A DNA stretch of 63,733 bases, filler included, from Octopus bimaculoides (taxonomy: Eukaryota), in assembly GCF_001194135.2 (NCBI RefSeq). It is 7 parts of 7 records of this genome, joined end to end, with 100 filler letters (N's around TTAATTAATTAA, not from the genome) between each part and the next. Parts side by side here need not be neighbours in the genome. Positions count along the whole stretch, not along the records: positions 62,474 to 63,733 come from NW_026411949.1; 6 more parts are not named here. One strand, given 5' to 3'. Below the pieces are notes generated by a model, which worked only from the letters and a program-made list of their open reading frames with translations, did no database searches and was not told the DNA's origin. Made by a program: the position numbers and the translations under genes. Position 1 is the first letter of the stretch. Each line of letters begins with the position of its first letter. This document shows, piece by piece, positions 62,374 to 63,733 of this stretch.

Positions 62374-63733
62374 NNNNNNNNNNNNNNNNNNNNNNNNNNN
62401 NNNNNNNNNNNNNNNNNTTAATTAATTAANNNNNNNNNNNNNNNNNNNNNNNNNNNNNNNNNNNNNNNNNNNNTACAGAGTACAAAAGACTTCTTGCTTC
62501 TGCTACAGACGAATTCTGTGGTACCAACAGCACAATAAGAATCACTCACTCCATGTTCTTAAGTGGTTAGCAATAGGAAATGCATCCAGATATAAAAGCA
62601 GTGTAAAATAAACAAAACACGATAACAAAAGATCTGGTTTTTCTCTGTTGCTGTGTGTCGTAGATCAGGCAAAGGATCACAGCAAGGAACAAGGTGCAAT
62701 AAGGTTCATCACAGGAAAATGTATGCAAAGTGCTAGCAGCTTGATTATACAAACTCATGTCATGAATTCAAGAGACTGGTATCTTATAATCCTTGATCAT
62801 TGATGCCAATGTAGAAATTTAATGACATGTAAGTTAGGCAAGTTTTTTGTATATTTAACATAGTAAAAAAAATAAAAAGTAAAAATTAAATGCTGTATTT
62901 GATGCCTTATAAAGTACAAATGCTTATAAGATGCATCTTAATTTTGGTAGGCTATGTCATGAATCACCAGCTGCTAGTAACCCAGTCCCTGATCATATGT
63001 TTACATGATGCAAGCTGAATTTTAGGGATGTTTTTCTGCTTTTTAAGAAAATATGTGTTTATAAGCAATCAAATATAGCAATAGAAAAATGTTAATAAAA
63101 TTTGAATCTCAGTAAAGGATTCTAGATTACTTGAAAATTAAAAGGAATTTAGTAATTAAATACAATTCCAATGTTTTCTCTAATAGACAATCATGATACA
63201 CCCACATCACAGCTTATTATCAGATTTCAACACAATTAGCATTTATTTAAATTATCAACATCACCAGTATCAATTATTATCGATGACATTATATCTATTA
63301 ATCAACATTTGGTAGAGCTAATTAACTGATTACTAGTGTCGTTATATCAATGCTTCTATCATCAAATCATCTAATGATATGAGGATGATGTGAAGAGGAG
63401 TAGATAGGCGTGTTACCACCGTGATTCACCTACCATTATCATTAATACACAGGAGCTCTAGAAAGTGTTCAATTTAACTCCTAATGGCCTGGATTGTCAT
63501 GCTGAGAATAGATAGCTGGTGTTGTTGTTTAGCCCCAGGTCAGTCCACAAAGGGCAGATGCATAATCAAAGATATTCTATCTGAAACAGTTGTATATGGA
63601 AGAATGAATTAACTAATGTCTCTTTCAATAGTAGACAGTCAAAATAACTGAGTCATTAGAGTGTTGAATGCAGTATTTACTCTGGCTTTCAGAGTTTTGA
63701 GTTCAAATCTTGCTCAAATCAAACTATGCCTTC

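Overview
AT-rich, microsatellite-dense eukaryotic DNA from a gapped draft assembly. The repeat families look like those of Octopus (inference from recalled SINE/LINE families, not a database result). No intact host protein-coding gene, tRNA gene or rRNA gene is supported; almost all ORFs in the track are microsatellite or N-gap artefacts. The window is a transposon graveyard: many tRNA-derived SINE copies of several modular families (some with target-site duplications), an internally deleted L1/Tx1-type LINE (44.9-47.0 kb), a decayed RTE/BovB-type LINE (48.7-51.3 kb), an RTE fragment with a PHD-like finger inside the RT, a CR1 3' fragment, two Tc1/mariner relics and a probable Penelope-like relic. 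Most notable: (i) three sequence-unrelated minimal hammerhead-ribozyme motifs, one inside a composite element [tRNA-like Pol III head]-(AAT)n-[hammerhead body] whose two sibling copies have each deleted the ribozyme core; (ii) a 48-54 kb cluster of inverted and direct duplications, including a ~300-bp-arm palindrome whose spacer is a copy of sequence about 0.8 kb downstream. Six 100-bp N-TTAATTAATTAA-N blocks are artificial scaffold linkers, so adjacency across them is uncertain.
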